From: Candidatus Coprovivens sp. | Lineage (GTDB): Bacteria; Bacillota_I; Bacilli_A; RF39; UBA660 | Direction of reading: 5' to 3' | Assembly (NCBI GenBank): GCA_051892935.1 | Contig: JBJFGS010000011.1 | Span: forward strand, 1 to 64,000 | Length of the DNA stretch: 64,000 bases | Shown here: positions 30,102 to 40,780 of the stretch, in pieces | Layout: every line of letters begins with the position of its first letter | Numbering within the stretch: position 1 is the stretch's first letter | The notes under the pieces: generated by a model | Database searches by the model: none | What the model saw: the letters and a program-made list of their open reading frames with translations, nothing else | What the model was told of the DNA's origin: nothing | Translations under genes and position numbers: made by a program

Positions 30102-31632
30102 AAGTTACACTTCCTTGACTATTTATTTCATTCAAAACTTTATCAGTATAATCACTTACTTTACTAGTATATAAACTCAACAATTCTTGATATCTATCAT
30201 TTAATGTTAAATCAATATTTGAATAAACACTATTATAATCAATTATTATCTGTTCTATATTAGAATATACTTCAAGTTTCCCAGAGTTATCAAGTGTATC
30301 AATATTTTTTTCTAATTTATTAATATCATTTTCAATTGTATCTACAATATTAGATATTATTAAATTACAATAATAAACACTCTTTTCATAATAAGAATTA
30401 TTACTTTCTATTTTACCAAATACATAATAAGCTTTATTATAGTCTTTATTATTATATTGTTCTAATGCATCATAAAATATTGCACTATCACTATAAATAT
30501 CATCAAATTGTATTAATAAATCATTATAGTCTTTTTCCGTTAAAGCTCTAACTAAATTAGTATCATTTTTAACTATTGCATATCTATATAAACCATCAAG
30601 TAATTCTTTATATTTTGCTGTAGATTTTTCAAAAGAATCTTTATCTTCCACTTCTTCATTTAAATATAATAATACCCAACTATCACAAATAATTCTCGCC
30701 TTAGCTTGCAATTTTTTTGTTTCTTCTGAATTATTTTTTACTTCTTCTAAAACAAATAAAATATCATCTATATCATCCGTTTCATAATATTTATTCATTG
30801 CATCACTAAATCTAGTTAAGTAATCAACTTCCATCTTACTATTATTATTATTTTTTCCTGATATAAACCATATTGCAACCATAGTAAAAATAAGAATAAG
30901 CACAGCAATACCGGTAAATAAGAATACTCTTTTCCTAGTACCAATAATACTTTGTTCTTTGTTTTCACTAAGTATTTTATTATTAAAATCTTTTTCTATT
31001 TCAGAATCACTATTATTATCGGATTCTTCATTCATTTCATCAATTTGACGATTTATATCATCTATTAATGAAAATTTATCTAACTCTTTAGTATCACTAA
31101 GATTTTTTATCGCAATAGTTTTACCTAAATCAACTTTAAGTTCTTTTGTTTTACTAAGATCATTTAAAGAATTATTAGTATCATTATTATAAGAATTAAT
31201 TCCTTCTACTATTTCATCAGTAATTGCATCAGCTATTTTTTCAATAGGAGCTGTCATTAATATCTTTTCTTCAATACTAGTTTCGGTATCTTCTTGTTTT
31301 AAAGAAACATTATCTTTATCAGAATCACGTAAAGAATTAATATATTCTTCATTTCCTTTAATCTCTTTTGTAACATGTTCTAATTCTTTTTCTATTTCTT
31401 TTATATCTTTTTTGATTTTTTCTTCTTCACTACTTTTTTCTTTAATTTTAGGTAATTCGATTTTATTTTTTTCTTGTTCTTCTTCATCCAACAAATCTCT
31501 AATAGAATTTAATTGTTCTTTTAAAAGGACGATCGTACGATATTTATCTCTATCTAATTCCGTATTACTATTCTTATTATTACTAGATTTATTATTTTTT
31601 ATATTATCATTATTATCTGCAAGACTCTTCAT
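30100..31632 (-). CDS. hypothetical bitopic membrane protein (acidic coiled-coil N-terminus, helical C-terminus)
   Basis: Single central TM after RKR; 510 aa. Confidence 0.7.
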   Translation of the reverse strand: MKSLADNNDNIKNNKSSNNKNSNTELDRDKYRTIVLLKEQLNSIRDLLDEEEQEKNKIELPKIKEKSSEEEKIKKDIKEIEKELEHVTKEIKGNEEYINSLRDSDKDNVSLKQEDTETSIEEKILMTAPIEKIADAITDEIVEGINSYNNDTNNSLNDLSKTKELKVDLGKTIAIKNLSDTKELDKFSLIDDINRQIDEMNEESDNNSDSEIEKDFNNKILSENKEQSIIGTRKRVFLFTGIAVLILIFTMVAIWFISGKNNNNSKMEVDYLTRFSDAMNKYYETDDIDDILFVLEEVKNNSEETKKLQAKARIICDSWVLLYLNEEVEDKDSFEKSTAKYKELLDGLYRYAIVKNDTNLVRALTEKDYNDLLIQFDDIYSDSAIFYDALEQYNNKDYNKAYYVFGKIESNNSYYEKSVYYCNLIISNIVDTIENDINKLEKNIDTLDNSGKLEVYSNIEQIIIDYNSVYSNIDLTLNDRYQELLSLYTSKVSDYTDKVLNEINSQGSVT

Positions 31633-31743
31633 CTAACCACGCCCTTATTATCTATATAATAACACATTTTATTCTTTTTTTTAACAATTTATTACTAGAA
31701 TATTAATTTTATTAAAAAACATAATAATACTAGAAGGTGACCT

Positions 31744-32328
31744 ATGAAAAAATATACTATTCTACTAATTTCATTATTATTTGCATCATTAAACTTTAAT
31801 CTTTTCTTAAAACCTCTTAACCTAGTAACAGGAGGTACACAAGGCTTAGCCATAGTAATAAATAATTTTATAAATCTTAAACCATCTACAATTATTTTTT
31901 TTATAAATATTATATCTCTTATAATAAGTTTTATATTTCTAAGAAAAGAAACAACAACATCTGCTATAATATCAACATTTTCTTATCCATTATTCATCAG
32001 AATAACTTCTTTAATCCCATCAATTTCATTTATCGAAAACAATGTTCTAATATCATCAATAACAGCAGGAGTAATTTGTGGTTTAACAGGAGGAATAATA
32101 TATAAAATGAATTTTTCATCTGGAGGAATAACTATATTTAATTTATTATTAAAAAAATACTTTAATATCAAAATATCTATATCTAATTTTCTTATAAATG
32201 GAACTATAATAATTATTGGCTACTTTTTCTTCGGTATAAAAAAAATAATCTATTCATTAATCGTTATAATAATAAGTAGTATATTGATTCATATTATTCA
32301 AAAATTTAGATATAAAAAAAAGTTATAA
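31744..32328 (+). CDS. YitT family membrane protein (no C-terminal DUF2179 domain)
   Basis: FLKPLNLVTGGTQGLA, FSSGG; RBS GAAGGTG. Confidence 0.85.
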   Translation: MKKYTILLISLLFASLNFNLFLKPLNLVTGGTQGLAIVINNFINLKPSTIIFFINIISLIISFIFLRKETTTSAIISTFSYPLFIRITSLIPSISFIENNVLISSITAGVICGLTGGIIYKMNFSSGGITIFNLLLKKYFNIKISISNFLINGTIIIIGYFFFGIKKIIYSLIVIIISSILIHIIQKFRYKKKL

Positions 32329-32351
32329 CTATATAACTTTATATTATAAAA

Positions 32352-32425
32352 TGGTGCCGCCTATAAGAATCGAACTTATTACTGAACCTTACCATGGTCC
32401 CGTTATACCATTTAACTAAGGCGGC
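32352..32425 (-). tRNA. tRNA-Thr(GGT)
   Basis: GCCGCCT/AGGCGGC acceptor stem, GGACC-ATGGTAA-GGTTC anticodon arm, ATAAG-TTCGATT-CTTAT T arm, encoded CCA. Confidence 0.95.
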
Positions 32426-32466
32426 CTAAAAAGATTATAACACAATATGTATTATAAAGAAAACAT

Positions 32467-33138
32467 CTATTTATAAACAGCTTCATAATAAGTTGTTTTT
32501 TCACATATATTTTTTTCATCATTTAGTTTATATTCATCATTTTCACAATATAAATCCATATCGATAGAATCATTTATTACACAATTATTTCCAACTTTTT
32601 CTCCTAAATCACAACTATATTTTTTATTCATCCAGTATTTTTTTCTACATACGCCATCATCATTTTTCATTCCAGATGGACAACTTTCCTCAACTTTAGC
32701 TTTAAACTCAGTTTCTTTATATTCTTCACATTTTTCACCATCTTCTGAAATCTTAGTGCATATTTTTTCAATACATTTATTATCTTTTTCATATGTAGTA
32801 CTAAATTTATCATCTTCAGCTATATTACTAGACTCACAATTTAGTTTTATTTCTTTTGGATATTCTTTTTCACTAAAACACCAATTATCACTACCTATAT
32901 AATATCCATCTGGACAAGTAGAAATTTTTTTAGCAGCTATTGTAATAGTATTTTCACATTTATTATTTTCTTCATTAAAACTATATCCTTCTCTACACTT
33001 TTTAGATACATCCATTGTTTCAACAACTTTACATTTGCCATTTTCCAGTTCCCCAATAGTACAACTTAATTTTTTTTCTTCTTTCTTACAGCTTACTAAA
33101 AATAATGTCATTATAAACAGAATAAAAACTTTTTTCAT
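32467..33138 (-). CDS. cysteine-rich lipoprotein
   Basis: Lipobox LVSC plus 16 further Cys in CxxG...C pairs. Confidence 0.75.
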   Translation of the reverse strand: MKKVFILFIMTLFLVSCKKEEKKLSCTIGELENGKCKVVETMDVSKKCREGYSFNEENNKCENTITIAAKKISTCPDGYYIGSDNWCFSEKEYPKEIKLNCESSNIAEDDKFSTTYEKDNKCIEKICTKISEDGEKCEEYKETEFKAKVEESCPSGMKNDDGVCRKKYWMNKKYSCDLGEKVGNNCVINDSIDMDLYCENDEYKLNDEKNICEKTTYYEAVYK

Positions 33139-33213
33139 AGTATCACTACCTTATTATTTATATAATACAATAAATTAGAGCAAAAAAAAACTACTAAAAG
33201 TAGTTCCTTTAAA

Positions 33214-33405
33214 CTATTCTTTAGTAGATTCTGCTACTGCTACTACTTCTTTACCTTTGTAGTAACCACATTTCATACATGCACGATGAGGTTGGATTGT
33301 TGCACCACATTTAGGGCATTTAGTTAAAGTTCCAACTTCTTTTTTTAAGTGAGTACGACGCATTCTTTTTTTAGTTTTACTTGTTCTTCTAAAAGGAACT
33401 GCCAT
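33214..33405 (-). CDS. rpmF: 50S ribosomal protein L32
   Basis: [19 protein letters not shown]...CPKC...[11 protein letters not shown]; start ATG 33405. Confidence 0.97.
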   Translation of the reverse strand: MAVPFRRTSKTKKRMRRTHLKKEVGTLTKCPKCGATIQPHRACMKCGYYKGKEVVAVAESTKE

Positions 33406-33409
33406 GATT

Positions 33410-33889
33410 TCACTCCTTCCCTTCTTTTTCAAGTAGCTCTAACAAAGGAGCTAATCTTGGATCTAACTTTTTTCTTTCTTCATCTACTAGTTCCCATCCA
33501 TCACCACTAAGACTATAAGTCTTATTTGGATCTTTACGATAACTTATTGGGACCTCTAGTACAATATTTTGCCACAAAATATCCATAATATCAAGTGTTT
33601 TTAACTCATTTTGGTCTTTTTCATCATCATTTTCACTTAATATTTCAGAAATTTCAAAACTAAATGGATAATCTACAGGTTCTAAATCTATTGCATCTAA
33701 TAATACCATAGAACCTTCTACCTTACATTCAAAAACTATTTCACTAGTAACACTATAATAAGCTCTACCATTTACTTTAACATTTTCTAAACTTTGGATA
33801 GATGTATTTTTAATATATTCAGGACCAAAAGATACTACATCATCTATTACAATACCTTTTTCATCAACTTTAGCTAAATCTATATACAC
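33410..33889 (-). CDS. YceD/DUF177 family protein
   Basis: C-terminal DPRLAPL; conserved position upstream of rpmF. Confidence 0.88.
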   Translation of the reverse strand: MYIDLAKVDEKGIVIDDVVSFGPEYIKNTSIQSLENVKVNGRAYYSVTSEIVFECKVEGSMVLLDAIDLEPVDYPFSFEISEILSENDDEKDQNELKTLDIMDILWQNIVLEVPISYRKDPNKTYSLSGDGWELVDEERKKLDPRLAPLLELLEKEGKE

Positions 33890-33982
33890 AATATCACCCA
33901 CCAGCTAAATAATTATAACAACTTTTCTTGAATATTACAACTCTATATAATAAAATAAATATTATAAAGAAGGCGATTACAT

Positions 33983-35101
33983 ATGAGTATTATTGGTATT
34001 ATAGCAGAATACAATCCATTTCATAACGGACATCTCTATCACCTATCAAAAATAAAAGAAAAATATCCTGATTCACTTATTATTTTAGTACTAAATGGAT
34101 ATTTCACCCAAAGAGGAATAATATCTATAATTAATAAAGAAGATAAAACAAAAATATCTTTAAATAATAACATAGACATAGTCATAGAACTACCTTTTAT
34201 CTATGGAACACAATCATCAGATATCTTTGCTTATAATAGTATAAAACTACTAAATGAACTTAAAGTAGAAAAAATTATTTTTGGAAGTGAATCAAATAAT
34301 ATAGAATTACTAAATAAAATAGTAGATATTCAATTAAATGATCAAACATATGAATTAAAAGTAAAAGAATACTTAGATAATGGTGATAACTATCCAACTG
34401 CCATGAAAAAAGCTCTTAATATCAAAGAAGATATTAATAATCCAAACGATTTATTAGGAATATCATATATAAAAGCTATTAGACAAATTAATTCATCTAT
34501 AATAGCAGAAACCATAAAAAGAACAAACAATTATCATGATATATCATCAACCGAAGATATAATAAGTGCCTCTAATATCAGAACTAAACTAAATAACAAT
34601 GAAGACATCTCATCTTACTTGCCTCCTAATATAATAGGATATATAAATAATATAACAAATGATTCTTTATTTAATTTACTAAAGTTTAAAATTCTAACAG
34701 ATCAAAACTTAAATGTATATTTAGATGTTGACGAAGGAATTGAATATAGAATTTTAAAATATATAAACGAATCAAATAGTTTTGATGAACTTATTAGTAA
34801 CATAAAAACTAAAAGATATACCTACAATAGAATTAATAGAATGCTTATTCATATATTAATTGGATTAACAAAAGAAGATAATAAAAAATGTAAATTAGAT
34901 TATTTAAAAATATTAGGATTCTCAACTAAAGGTCAAGAATATCTAAAAAGTATAAGAAAAGATATTACAATACCTACATCACCTAATAAAGACTCTTTAC
35001 TTTTTAAATACGAACTAAAAGCAGCCTATTTATATGAACAAGCTACCAAAAAATCCCTAAATAATTTTGATATAAAAAATATTCCAATAATAAAGAGATA
35101 A
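33983..35101 (+). CDS. tmcAL: tRNA(Met) cytidine acetate ligase (YlbM-type nucleotidyltransferase)
   Basis: GIIAEYNPFHNGHLYH, FGSE, PNDLLGISY, SASNIR, KTKRYTYNRINR; divergent from yceD as in Bacilli. Confidence 0.9.
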   Translation: MSIIGIIAEYNPFHNGHLYHLSKIKEKYPDSLIILVLNGYFTQRGIISIINKEDKTKISLNNNIDIVIELPFIYGTQSSDIFAYNSIKLLNELKVEKIIFGSESNNIELLNKIVDIQLNDQTYELKVKEYLDNGDNYPTAMKKALNIKEDINNPNDLLGISYIKAIRQINSSIIAETIKRTNNYHDISSTEDIISASNIRTKLNNNEDISSYLPPNIIGYINNITNDSLFNLLKFKILTDQNLNVYLDVDEGIEYRILKYINESNSFDELISNIKTKRYTYNRINRMLIHILIGLTKEDNKKCKLDYLKILGFSTKGQEYLKSIRKDITIPTSPNKDSLLFKYELKAAYLYEQATKKSLNNFDIKNIPIIKR

Positions 35102-35111
35102 CTAATACTTA

Positions 35112-35420
35112 TTAGCTATCTCTTTTGTCATACTTATATCCTTTCTTCTTTAAGAATTTATAAAAGGATTTATTAGATAAATTTAAAAAATATATATTAA
35201 TAATCATAAGAATAAAACTTAATACAAAAATAATACTTCCAATCATCAAATCTATATATAAAGAAATAATTAAACCAATTATACTAAGTATTCCCAATAT
35301 AACATACAATACATATAATCTAATAGAATAATTATAAGAATCTTTACATAATAATTTATATTCTCTTCTTATATCATTTTGTTTACAATTACTTAATTCA
35401 TGAAAAATCTTTTCTTTCAT
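35112..35420 (-). CDS. hypothetical 2-TM protein
   Basis: Two hydrophobic segments; TAATG coupling to the upstream gene. Confidence 0.65.
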   Translation of the reverse strand: MKEKIFHELSNCKQNDIRREYKLLCKDSYNYSIRLYVLYVILGILSIIGLIISLYIDLMIGSIIFVLSFILMIINIYFLNLSNKSFYKFLKKKGYKYDKRDS

Positions 35421-35761
35421 TAAAAATTATGTCCATTCCAACCCCAATTATCAAACTCACCATAACTAACATAAATATTATCAGGTTTAATTCCTAGCTC
35501 TGTATTCAAAATATTAGTAACAGCTTCTGTCATTTGATCATAATCTCCAATATTAGCTCTTCCATATATTTTTATATCCACATAAGCTATTTGCATATCA
35601 TCCTGTCCTTGAAAATACATTTTGCATTCAGGAACAAATTCAACCATTAACCATTCTTCACTTTTATGAAGAATACTAATAGCTTCCCCAAGTCTTTCTT
35701 TAATTTTTAGCTCTTTTTCTTTATCAATTTTACAATTTGTTCTTGTTTGAATATATGGCAT
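35420..35761 (-). CDS. MIF/phenylpyruvate tautomerase-like protein
   Basis: N-terminal Pro (MPYI), KSEEWLMV, WGWNGHNF. Confidence 0.88.
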   Translation of the reverse strand: MPYIQTRTNCKIDKEKELKIKERLGEAISILHKSEEWLMVEFVPECKMYFQGQDDMQIAYVDIKIYGRANIGDYDQMTEAVTNILNTELGIKPDNIYVSYGEFDNWGWNGHNF

Positions 35762-35828
35762 TATTATCAATCCTTTCTATAATTAGTATAACATAAATCT
35801 AATATAAAAAACATTTCATAATAATATA

Positions 35829-36968
35829 TCAATATAATTCTAATCTAGTAATATTACTTCTATCTATTTCATCAATTCTCTTTTTATTTAAAGATAAAAC
35901 TAAATTAGGTGAACTTTCAAACATCGCTTTTTTAGTTTCTCTCTCTACAACTAAAGTTCCCTCATCAATCAAAGGCAATAACATTGTTTCAAAAACCTCC
36001 TTAGCTTTTTTTCTATCATTAAATCTATTATACATTGAAACAAAGTCTAATACTGTTAAATTACCTTTCATAGATAAAAAATACTCAATCGTTTGATAAT
36101 CTAAAGTATCCCATTTTTTAGAAGAAGCTTCTCTCAAATAATGCATCATATATTCTTTTTCTAACTCTTTCTTTACTGTAATTAACATATATTTTATAAA
36201 CTTACTAACTTCATATTTATTTTTACAATCTTTTATAACAGTATCATATTTTGAATCAAAATTAATTCCTCTATTAAAAATAATATATGGATATACTTCG
36301 TTATTAAGTAAATACCACATAGCAATAGTTCTACTAGTTCTACCATTAATATCGAAATAAGGATGAATATATACAAAATAAAAATGCATTATTTGTGATT
36401 TAATAAAATAATCAGTAGATGATTGAAAAGTTTCACCATTATTTACATAATCAAAGAATACTTTCATATAATCAGGTATTAAAGAAAAGTCAATCCCATG
36501 ATCAATAGTATCATCTAGTCTTCCCTTTTGTAATATATAAACAGGAGCCATTCTGTATTTATCTCCCATTCTACTTCTATCTATTTCATCAAGTAAATCC
36601 TTGCTTAATATTTGATATAACTTGGAAACAGTATCTTCTGTTATTGCTTTTCCTTCAAGTATATATCTATAACCTTGATATAAATTAATAATTCTATTTC
36701 TTCTTTCTATATCAGATACTTGATAAGCATCTTGTATAACTTTTTCAATTAATGAGACAGAATCATTTATTCCTTCAACAGTATTATTAGCTTTTATTTC
36801 ATGAGTAAACATCACTTTCTTAGAAAAAGTCTTATTATTCATAAAGTCTTGTCCTTCTAAAAATGTTTCTAATTCTCTTACTATATCACTTAAAAACTCT
36901 CTATTAATAGTAAAAAGTCTTCCTGAAGAAGTTTTAAGTGGTAAAGCCTCTCTTCTATTTAAATTCAT
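35829..36968 (-). CDS. Fic family protein
   Basis: HFYFVYIHPYFDINGRTSR Fic motif; NTVEG inhibitory-like motif. Confidence 0.88.
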   Translation of the reverse strand: MNLNRREALPLKTSSGRLFTINREFLSDIVRELETFLEGQDFMNNKTFSKKVMFTHEIKANNTVEGINDSVSLIEKVIQDAYQVSDIERRNRIINLYQGYRYILEGKAITEDTVSKLYQILSKDLLDEIDRSRMGDKYRMAPVYILQKGRLDDTIDHGIDFSLIPDYMKVFFDYVNNGETFQSSTDYFIKSQIMHFYFVYIHPYFDINGRTSRTIAMWYLLNNEVYPYIIFNRGINFDSKYDTVIKDCKNKYEVSKFIKYMLITVKKELEKEYMMHYLREASSKKWDTLDYQTIEYFLSMKGNLTVLDFVSMYNRFNDRKKAKEVFETMLLPLIDEGTLVVERETKKAMFESSPNLVLSLNKKRIDEIDRSNITRLELY

Positions 36969-37021
36969 AATAATCCCCCTAATTGGCACTTATTATAATA
37001 AACAAAAAAGAAATAAACAAC

Positions 37022-37642
37022 CTATTTCTTTTTTCTAATTAACAAAAAAATCAATATTATAATAATTATTAATAATCCAATAACAAATTTCATTATCAGC
37101 TCATTAACCACATCAGCATGATCAACTTTACTTAAATCAACATATTCAATCTTTTCTACTTCATTAACTTGATAACCATTTACTCTTTCACAAATATCTT
37201 GATCACTTATTATTACTTCAGTACCTAGTATATAATAAGTATCAGGAACATTATCTAAAAATTCTATTTGTATATTAAAACTAAAAACATCATCTAATTT
37301 TTTAGCAGATAAATTTTCTTCTATATAATAACGTATTAAACTTCTTCCATTACTATCTCTATTATTATCTATCTTAACATTACTAACGCCTTCTATATTA
37401 GTTAATCTAATATTTACATCATCTTTCAAATTATCTATATATCCCAAAGTATATTCTTCTATTAAAGTAGTTAAAGTACCATCATTCTTACTTATTACTT
37501 TAACAGGAACTACTATAGCATTATTATCAATAACACTACATTTATTAACAACACTTACTAAATTAAGAGGATCATTCTCTTTAGCATAAGAAATACTAAG
37601 TAAACAAAACAAACTCAATATAAAAAATATAATCTTCTTCAT
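37022..37642 (-). CDS. hypothetical secreted protein with C-terminal TM
   Basis: Signal peptide ending SYA; C-terminal TM followed by RKKK. Confidence 0.7.
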   Translation of the reverse strand: MKKIIFFILSLFCLLSISYAKENDPLNLVSVVNKCSVIDNNAIVVPVKVISKNDGTLTTLIEEYTLGYIDNLKDDVNIRLTNIEGVSNVKIDNNRDSNGRSLIRYYIEENLSAKKLDDVFSFNIQIEFLDNVPDTYYILGTEVIISDQDICERVNGYQVNEVEKIEYVDLSKVDHADVVNELIMKFVIGLLIIIIILIFLLIRKKK

Positions 37643-37698
37643 AGTTATCACCATTTCTTATTATAACAAAAGAAAAAGTCCTATAAAAGGACTTATTA

Positions 37699-38523
37699 TT
37701 AACAAGTATAGCTTAATGATAATCCAGGAGTATTATCATATATTCCGGAAGCATTTCCATAAAAACTTAATACTCCACCCATACCATTAGAACTAAAATT
37801 ATATAATTTAGAAGTCGCTAAAGTAATATTAGCTTGAGCGTGTTGATATGTTCCATAAACTATTCCATCACTACTGCAATTCCCCCAAACAGCTAATTCA
37901 TTTTCAATAGATGTAGCAGAATCAACTAAATTTTGTGATAATCCAATTGCATTAGTAGCAATTTTATAATTTGAATTTCCTACCGGATACGCAATATTTC
38001 CACTATTTCCATTAGTATACTGATTTCCATAATAATCAGTTAGAGCAAAACCATTACTCCATCTAAGAGCAATAACGTCAAAAGACTTATTTTTAGGCAT
38101 CTTTAACCAACTATTATATATATAAAATCTCTTTTGCCCACTTCCACTATTTGTCATTAATTGTATATATTTATAATCTGTAGTATATTCAACTAAATTT
38201 CCAGAAAGTAAAGAAAATTCATTTTCTGTATCCAAATTCAATTTATTTAAATCTGTAATTATTTCTGATTTAACAAGTTTTGGGTAAAACTCTGTTTCTT
38301 GATAATATGTATTAGCAATTACAAATGAATCATAACTTTCTACATTTCCTTTTAAAATGCTCTCAATCACGAACTCACTACTATATTGTATTTCTACATC
38401 TGACATATATTTATTTAGCAATTCATATTCTAATTCCGTATATTTTTTAACACTTAAAGCTTTAACAGAACTTCCAAAAATAAATAACATAAATAAAATA
38501 ATAATTAAAAATACCTTTTTCAC
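37699..38523 (-). CDS. hypothetical secreted protein
   Basis: Signal peptide ending VKA; beta-rich C-terminal domain (WLKMP..SFDVIALRW, YGTYQHA). Confidence 0.7.
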   Translation of the reverse strand: MKKVFLIIILFMLFIFGSSVKALSVKKYTELEYELLNKYMSDVEIQYSSEFVIESILKGNVESYDSFVIANTYYQETEFYPKLVKSEIITDLNKLNLDTENEFSLLSGNLVEYTTDYKYIQLMTNSGSGQKRFYIYNSWLKMPKNKSFDVIALRWSNGFALTDYYGNQYTNGNSGNIAYPVGNSNYKIATNAIGLSQNLVDSATSIENELAVWGNCSSDGIVYGTYQHAQANITLATSKLYNFSSNGMGGVLSFYGNASGIYDNTPGLSLSYTC

Positions 38524-38571
38524 ATCTACACTCCTCTTTTTTCTTATTCACAAAGTTATTTTTCAAGTATT

Positions 38572-39093
38572 TTATTTTCTAACATCAGCAAATGCTTGAA
38601 TAAAATGTCTAGCCAAAGGTACACACATTCCAGGATTTTTACCAGTCAAGCAATCATTCTTTCCTACTTGAAAAAAATCATCTTCCATAACCTTTTGATA
38701 TTCATCATAAGTAAAATAATCAAATTGAATTATTTCATATTTTCCAGGAGCAACCAAAGATGCTGCTAAAAATTTAGTATCTTCATTATAATAATTATAA
38801 AAATTAAATAAAACAGTTGCAAACTCGTTACACTTATTTTTGCTTTCTTCTATTTGATTACATTTTAAAATATAACCATCATTTATTTTTTCATAAATTT
38901 CGTCTAAAGTATAAGGCGATTCCTTTGGTATTACTGTTGCAACTTTTTTATCTTGATTATCTAATTTATTATCTTTTTTATTTAATAATAAAACACTAAC
39001 AATTCCTACAATCAAAACTAAGAATACACTTATAAATCCTATAACTTTCTTTTTTGAATTTATTCTAATAATATCCTTTTTACCTTTCTTCAT
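38572..39093 (-). CDS. hypothetical membrane-anchored protein
   Basis: N-terminal TM; RBS AAGGAGAG. Confidence 0.7.
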   Translation of the reverse strand: MKKGKKDIIRINSKKKVIGFISVFLVLIVGIVSVLLLNKKDNKLDNQDKKVATVIPKESPYTLDEIYEKINDGYILKCNQIEESKNKCNEFATVLFNFYNYYNEDTKFLAASLVAPGKYEIIQFDYFTYDEYQKVMEDDFFQVGKNDCLTGKNPGMCVPLARHFIQAFADVRK

Positions 39094-39198
39094 AAAATCT
39101 CTCCTTTCATACTTTCAATTTAAAGCTAGAGTTAATTTTTAGCAACCTAGAATCACTAGAATTTTATAAAAAAAGAATTCTATAAATTCTAGAACTCC

Positions 39199-40191
39199 TT
39201 ATTTTAACTTTTTATATTCATCTGTTAACAAAGAAATCATTTTTTCACTATCATTACATTTACCCAATGTACAATTCATCTTATCATCTTGATAAATAAA
39301 TTCTTCTATAACATAGTCATCATAGTAAGTATAAAAATATCCAATTTCAGAATCTATATGATATATAGCCATCTTTTCAAAATCATTATCTATAAAATAA
39401 TATGAAAATTCATTTTTAGTAAGATTATATTTATATGTTATAACATTTTCTTCATCTTCTTTTTCATACAAATCATTACTTACTTTTTTATAACCAACAT
39501 TGTGTAATAATACCTTTAATCTTTCACTTACAAGATCTTCTTGTTCAATTTTTTTCTCATAAAAAAGTTTTTCATTACTAACTACTTTTTCTAAATTTAA
39601 ATCTAAGTTCTCACTAACTTTTTCATCATTTAAAATATAAGATATTTCTAAAGACAAGTTATTAATATCAACATCATCAACATAATATATATAATCATAA
39701 TTATATTTAGAAACTATTTCATGACCATTACCATATAATGTAACATCAAATTCATCATTAGGAACATTAATTATTTCACCTAAACTAATAATTGTCTTAT
39801 TTGAACTATCAATAATTAAACCATTTTCTAAAAAATATTCTTTGCTATCTAATTTAACTTCATAAACATTAATTTTTTTATAATTATTGACAAAATATAT
39901 TCCAAAATAAAGAAAGGAAAATACAAAAATAATAATCAAAAAAATAAATATAATTTTCAGTATTTTTTTTAGAGTATTATTTTTTTTATCTGCTAAAATG
40001 CTTATCAAATCAATATCTAAATATTTTGATATATTTTTTATTACGCCTAAATCAGGATAGTTTTTTCCCGTTTCCCAAGCACTAACAGTTTTATCAGAAA
40101 CATTTAATAATCTAGCCAAATCTTGTTGTGTAAATTTTTTATTTTTACGTGCTTGTGCAATGATTTTACCTACATCATATTTTTCTTCCAT
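39199..40191 (-). CDS. XRE-family HTH regulator with TM and extracellular domain
   Basis: ARKNKKFTQQDLARLLNVSDKTVSAWETGKNYPD, then one TM and about 230 aa outside. Confidence 0.88.
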   Translation of the reverse strand: MEEKYDVGKIIAQARKNKKFTQQDLARLLNVSDKTVSAWETGKNYPDLGVIKNISKYLDIDLISILADKKNNTLKKILKIIFIFLIIIFVFSFLYFGIYFVNNYKKINVYEVKLDSKEYFLENGLIIDSSNKTIISLGEIINVPNDEFDVTLYGNGHEIVSKYNYDYIYYVDDVDINNLSLEISYILNDEKVSENLDLNLEKVVSNEKLFYEKKIEQEDLVSERLKVLLHNVGYKKVSNDLYEKEDEENVITYKYNLTKNEFSYYFIDNDFEKMAIYHIDSEIGYFYTYYDDYVIEEFIYQDDKMNCTLGKCNDSEKMISLLTDEYKKLK

Positions 40192-40206
40192 AACAAAACT
40201 CCCATA

Positions 40207-40254
40207 TAAATAATAAATAATAAATAATAAATAATAAATAATAAATAATAAATA
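40207..40254. repeat. heptanucleotide tandem repeat (TAAATAA)6 + TAAATA
   Basis: Read directly; lies between the -10 box and the RBS of the XRE gene. Confidence 0.92.
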
Positions 40255-40255
40255 T

Positions 40256-40264
40256 ATTATAGCA
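40256..40264 (-). promoter_or_regulatory. extended -10 promoter (TGnTATAAT) of the XRE gene
   Basis: TGCTATAAT. The TGnTATAAT form also occurs upstream of other genes here, e.g. rplS, the tRNA, polA and dnaE. Confidence 0.6.
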
Positions 40265-40393
40265 CAAAAACTAATAAAAAAAAGAAGTCCTATAAAAGAA
40301 CATCTTTATAAGAAAAGTAAATACCCCTTTTCATAAAAACCTTGATGTCTAAAAGAATAACATCAAACTCTTAAATTTGCAAATTTATCTAGA

Positions 40394-40684
40394 TTACATT
40401 GCTTTTCTTACAGCTTTTTTATCAATTATTAATGTTGTTGATGGAGTTATTAATTCTTGTAAATTAATATTCAATTCAGATACAGCAGCATGAAAATACT
40501 GATTTAAAAGCCAAGGATTACTTATGTCATCAATAAAAGATAACATATAAGATCTAATTTTTCTTACTTCTTCCATATGATAAGATTTAACATTATTTAA
40601 AGCAATTACATTACCATTAGAAATATGATTAGCAATTCTCATATCTAAATCTTCTGCTAAATTTTTAATTTCCATATTTTGCAT
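40394..40684 (-). CDS. hypothetical protein
   Basis: 96-aa ORF with RBS AAGGGGG. Confidence 0.65.
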   Translation of the reverse strand: MQNMEIKNLAEDLDMRIANHISNGNVIALNNVKSYHMEEVRKIRSYMLSFIDDISNPWLLNQYFHAAVSELNINLQELITPSTTLIIDKKAVRKAM

Positions 40685-40780
40685 ATAATTTCCCCCTTTT
40701 GTGCAAAAACACTAGTGATGATAATAACAATTTATTTAATATTTGTCAACTTAAACAAAAAATAAAGATCCTAAAAATCT

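Noticed and set aside
32352-32425. tRNA-Thr as an integration site
   Set aside because: No duplicated 3' end and no integrase seen in the window.
33405-33432. N-terminal extensions in the ORF track (rpmF, pgi, lemA, dnaE, CDF-like gene)
   Set aside because: Downstream starts have proper RBS spacing and match the family N-termini; the extensions are longest-ORF artefacts.
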